Shown: piece after piece, positions 60,907 to 64,000 of the stretch | Position numbering within the stretch: position 1 is the stretch's first letter | Layout of the letters: every line of letters starts with the position of its first letter | Position numbers and translations under genes: made by a program | Source of the DNA: an uncultured delta proteobacterium | GTDB taxonomy: Bacteria > Myxococcota_A > Polyangia > Fen-1088 | Length of the DNA: 64,000 nucleotides | Reading direction: 5' to 3' | Assembly (NCBI GenBank): GCA_963755125.1 | Contig: CAVWIP010000008.1 | Coordinates: 384,001-448,000, forward strand | Notes under the pieces: generated by a model | Told to the model about the DNA's origin: nothing | Databases searched by the model: none | What the model saw: the letters and a program-made list of their open reading frames with translations, nothing else

Positions 60907-61716
60907 ATGACGTCGCTCGATTACGTGCATGGCTACACCGAGGAAGAGGCCACACGCCTGGCGGATCAGGCGGGCACACTGGCGGATCTGCTTCACCACG
61001 ATACTCACTATCCGGCGGGCAGCCGGGTGCTGGAGGCTGGGTGTGGGGTCGGGGCGCAGACGCGCGTCCTGGCGCGGCGAAGTCCGGCGGCGCACTTTGT
61101 CAGCGTGGACGTGTCCGCACAGTCGCTGGCACTGGCGCGCCCGGCGTTCGAACGCGAGGGGCCTGGCAACGTGGAGTTCAAGCAGGCGGATCTCTTTGCC
61201 TTGCCTTTTCCCGAGGCCAGTTTCGATCACGTGTTCGTGTGCTTCGTGCTCGAGCACCTGCGCCGGCCCGAGGAGGCTCTGTGCGCGCTTGTGCGCGTGC
61301 TGCGACCGAGCGGCTCGCTCACCGTCATCGAGGGCGATCACGGCTCGGCGTTTTTCCATCCGCAGAGCCCGCGCGCCGCGCGCACGATCGAGTGCTTGAA
61401 TCAAGCGCAAGCGGCTGCAGGCGGGAATTCGCTGATCGGACGGCGGCTATATCCGCTGCTGCGATCACTGGGGCTGGACGACGTGCAGGTGTCACCGCGC
61501 TTCGTGTACGCCGACGCTAGCCGTCCGGGTTGGGTAGACGGCTTCACCCGCAAGACCTTCATCGCCATGGTCGAGGGCGCGGCCGAGCCAGCCCTGCGCC
61601 TAGGCCTCATCGACAAAGTGGCCTGGGACCAGGGCATCGCCGATCTGAAACGCAGTGCTGAGGATGACGGCACGTTCTGCTATACATTCTTCAAGGCCGT
61701 GGCGCATAAGCCGTAG
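60907..61716 (+). CDS. Class I SAM-dependent methyltransferase
   Basis: [40 protein letters not shown]. Confidence 0.92.
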   Translation: MTSLDYVHGYTEEEATRLADQAGTLADLLHHDTHYPAGSRVLEAGCGVGAQTRVLARRSPAAHFVSVDVSAQSLALARPAFEREGPGNVEFKQADLFALPFPEASFDHVFVCFVLEHLRRPEEALCALVRVLRPSGSLTVIEGDHGSAFFHPQSPRAARTIECLNQAQAAAGGNSLIGRRLYPLLRSLGLDDVQVSPRFVYADASRPGWVDGFTRKTFIAMVEGAAEPALRLGLIDKVAWDQGIADLKRSAEDDGTFCYTFFKAVAHKP

Positions 61717-61723
61717 CGGCCAA

Positions 61724-61777
61724 CAGCCCCATCCACACGACTTGGTCGAAGCGACCTGGGCGGCGCAGAGCCGGGTC
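61724..61777 (-). repeat. Second 54-bp AAA fragment ([18 protein letters not shown]), direct repeat of 60740-60793
   Basis: 49/54 identical; all 5 differences are synonymous. Confidence 0.92.
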
Positions 61778-62105
61778 CCCACCACTTTCTCCGCCACCAC
61801 CGTCACGCTGGATGCTGGTGCCGGTTGGAGCTGACCAACCTGATCTATTTGGGCCCTAGCATCTACGCCTGCGTCCTGGCGGCCAAGGGACGCGTTCACT
61901 ACTTTCTTGTATTCGGACGCTGGGCCTACGCGCGCTACTACGGCGTACTCCGCGAGAACCCGATGGGGTTTCGGCCTGAAGTCGCATCTGCCCCGGGTAT
62001 GGCTTTTCGGATTTGGTGGGTTTACGATCATCGCGTCTCGGGTGCGACCTGGACGCGATGCCTCGCGTGTACGGACGAACCCGAAGAGAACCAAAGGAGA
62101 GCACT

Positions 62106-63134
62106 ATGAAACGAATAGTTGGGTTCTGGTCTGCACTGACTCTGGCCGTTTGTGTTCACAGTGGCTGTGGAGCCAATAATTCCAGCAACGCCAGCGCGGG
62201 AGAGGCGCCCGATGGGCAGGGCTCTGAGATCGCAACCAGCGTGGTCAGCGGCGCCCTGAACAACACCGAAGGCTCGGCCTTGGGCTGGAACGGCCCACGC
62301 CTGCGAATGAAGCAGGCCACCTTCGAGCGCGTCCTTGAGGTGTTAAATCCGGTGGGTGTGGCCTGGGCGGCTGCCTGGACCTGCACCGGCGGAACCCTGA
62401 CCCCGGCCTTTGCCGGTCCAGCCAGCGATCCGTACGCGTACGCGCCGGTGAGCTGCAACGTGACCTGGAAGAGTGGAAAGACCGCCTCGTCAACCTGGGA
62501 TGGGACCTTCACGCTGAACTACGGTTCGAACTGCGACGGCGTTCACCCGTTCATCGGACACCAAGCGGCGAACTGCTCGCTTACGCGAACGACCGTGCCC
62601 GGTGGCACCACGCGCACGATCACCGGACCTGATGGCAACTCACTCGCCATCACGCACGACACAAACGGGCTGAACAGCGGCTACGATACGACGGTTTCGC
62701 CTGCGCCGAACGACAACGGCGTGGTCGTAACCTGTGGCGCCAGTGGCTGTGACACCGACGGAACCCTGGTCATCAACGGTAGTCATATCACCGGCACCGT
62801 GACGGCTGCCGCAGGCGGGAGTGCCAAGCTCTGGGATCACACGGTCACCGGCACTGTCGACGTGGCTGGCACCGGCACTGGTCGTGTGGTCACTGGGACG
62901 GTGACGGTCGAGCACAACCTCGTGAGCCGCACCACCAGCACGACGTTCAACGGCGTGACCTACGGCGATGCCCTGTGCTGCTTCCCCACGGCGGGCAGCG
63001 TGACCACGACCAAGCAGAACGGCCCGCATGTAGGCAAGACCGAGATGCTCACCTTCAGCAGCGTGTGTGGCGAAGCCACGCTAACCACGTATAGCGGCAG
63101 CATCGTGGCGTTGACGCTCGAACATTGCATCTAG
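62106..63134 (+). CDS. Thr/Gly-rich beta-structured lipoprotein
   Basis: HSGC lipobox, AAAGGAG RBS, CCFP.AG motif. Confidence 0.85.
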   Translation: MKRIVGFWSALTLAVCVHSGCGANNSSNASAGEAPDGQGSEIATSVVSGALNNTEGSALGWNGPRLRMKQATFERVLEVLNPVGVAWAAAWTCTGGTLTPAFAGPASDPYAYAPVSCNVTWKSGKTASSTWDGTFTLNYGSNCDGVHPFIGHQAANCSLTRTTVPGGTTRTITGPDGNSLAITHDTNGLNSGYDTTVSPAPNDNGVVVTCGASGCDTDGTLVINGSHITGTVTAAAGGSAKLWDHTVTGTVDVAGTGTGRVVTGTVTVEHNLVSRTTSTTFNGVTYGDALCCFPTAGSVTTTKQNGPHVGKTEMLTFSSVCGEATLTTYSGSIVALTLEHCI

Positions 63135-63255
63135 TCCCCCTGCTCGCCAGGCGAGTGAGCGGCCAGAACCGCCGCGCAACAGTGCAACACGCTCATCGCG
63201 TGGAAGGCTGCGCCCTTTCCGGTACGCAACGAGATACTGACATGAGGCGGTCAAC

Positions 63256-63654
63256 ATGACTCAAGCTGCTCAGAATCCGTGTTGGGTCCGAATTGGCGTG
63301 GGCATCTTATCGGCCATCGCTTTGGACGCCTGCTCAGGAGGCAACGGAACAGCGAGTTCCGGTGGAAGCACGAGCCCAGCTACTGCCGGGTCAGGAGGCG
63401 TCGCCGGCGCGGCCCAGGGAGGTGCGGTTGGCTCGGGTGGGTCCAACGTTGGAGGTGGCGGAAGTGCCGGAGGCACTGTCAGCGTGGGTGGGACCACGAG
63501 CACTGGCGGTACCACGAACGCCGGTGGCTCCAGGTCGACTGGTGGCACCACCGGCATCGGTGGATCTACAGCTACTGGCGGCACGACCAAAGCGCATCGA
63601 ACACCAGCGCTAGCGGCACCAGTGCAGCATTCCGCCGGCGGCAACGATCTTTGA
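63256..63654 (+). pseudogene. Lipoprotein leader and Gly-rich linker with no globular domain (probably truncated)
   Basis: LDAC lipobox, GGT repeats, abrupt end. Confidence 0.6.
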
Positions 63655-63866
63655 AATCTCCACGCTCACGTGCGGCGTTGCTGGGCGACGACAGGTGGGA
63701 TCTGTCACGCGGAGCCGGTTTCTCGCGAAAAAGAGGGTGCTCACGCCCAATGCCCACCGTCCTCAAGTTGCGTGGGCACTACAGGTCGACGCGCTGCTCT
63801 TCTCCGGTGGGCACATGCCCAGGATGATCTGGCGCTGCTAGGGTGGATATCCGATCTCTTCCTCGG

Positions 63867-64000
63867 CTATGGCTTCGTGAGAGGAGCCGGCCGAGGGGCG
63901 GATCCTGCGGGGGCAGGTGGTGCATGGGCCACAATGTCCAGAAGCTCAACGTCGAAGATCAGGGTGGCTCCGGCCGGAATGTTGGTCCCGCTACCCCTGT
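63867..64000 (-). CDS. FKBP-type PPIase, C-terminal end (runs off the window)
   Basis: IPAGATLIFDVELLDI. Confidence 0.88.
   Translation of the reverse strand, partial: RGSGTNIPAGATLIFDVELLDIVAHAPPAPAGSAPRPAPLTKP

Overview
GC-rich bacterial accessory DNA. Its many Gly/Ser/Thr-linker lipoproteins, Kelch, Kazal and Cys-rich repeats and IHF type suggest Myxococcota (inference). The left ~36.7 kb looks like the distal part of an integrative element that ends at a displaced 3' half of tRNA-Leu(GAG) (36646-36702). It carries a P4/D5-type primase-helicase, a family-A DNA polymerase with a TubC_N-like N-terminus, a sigma-region-4 protein, a PD-(D/E)XK nuclease, a Rad52/Sak annealase, a DUF6744::MoxR deletion fusion, decayed type III RM and McrBC defence genes, and secreted-protein cargo punctuated by a recurring non-coding element. 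No capsid, terminase or integrase gene is visible in the window. The right ~27 kb has an intact sigma54-type Cus-like RND efflux operon, GH43, a GT-C glycosyltransferase, several IS elements (IS3, an IS21 remnant, an unclassified rve IS) and a patchwork of short gene fragments (dnaA 3' end, two AAA-ATPase pieces, UvrD, glycerate kinase, a 46-bp exact copy of a distant gene). Family assignments come from motif recognition only; no searches were run.
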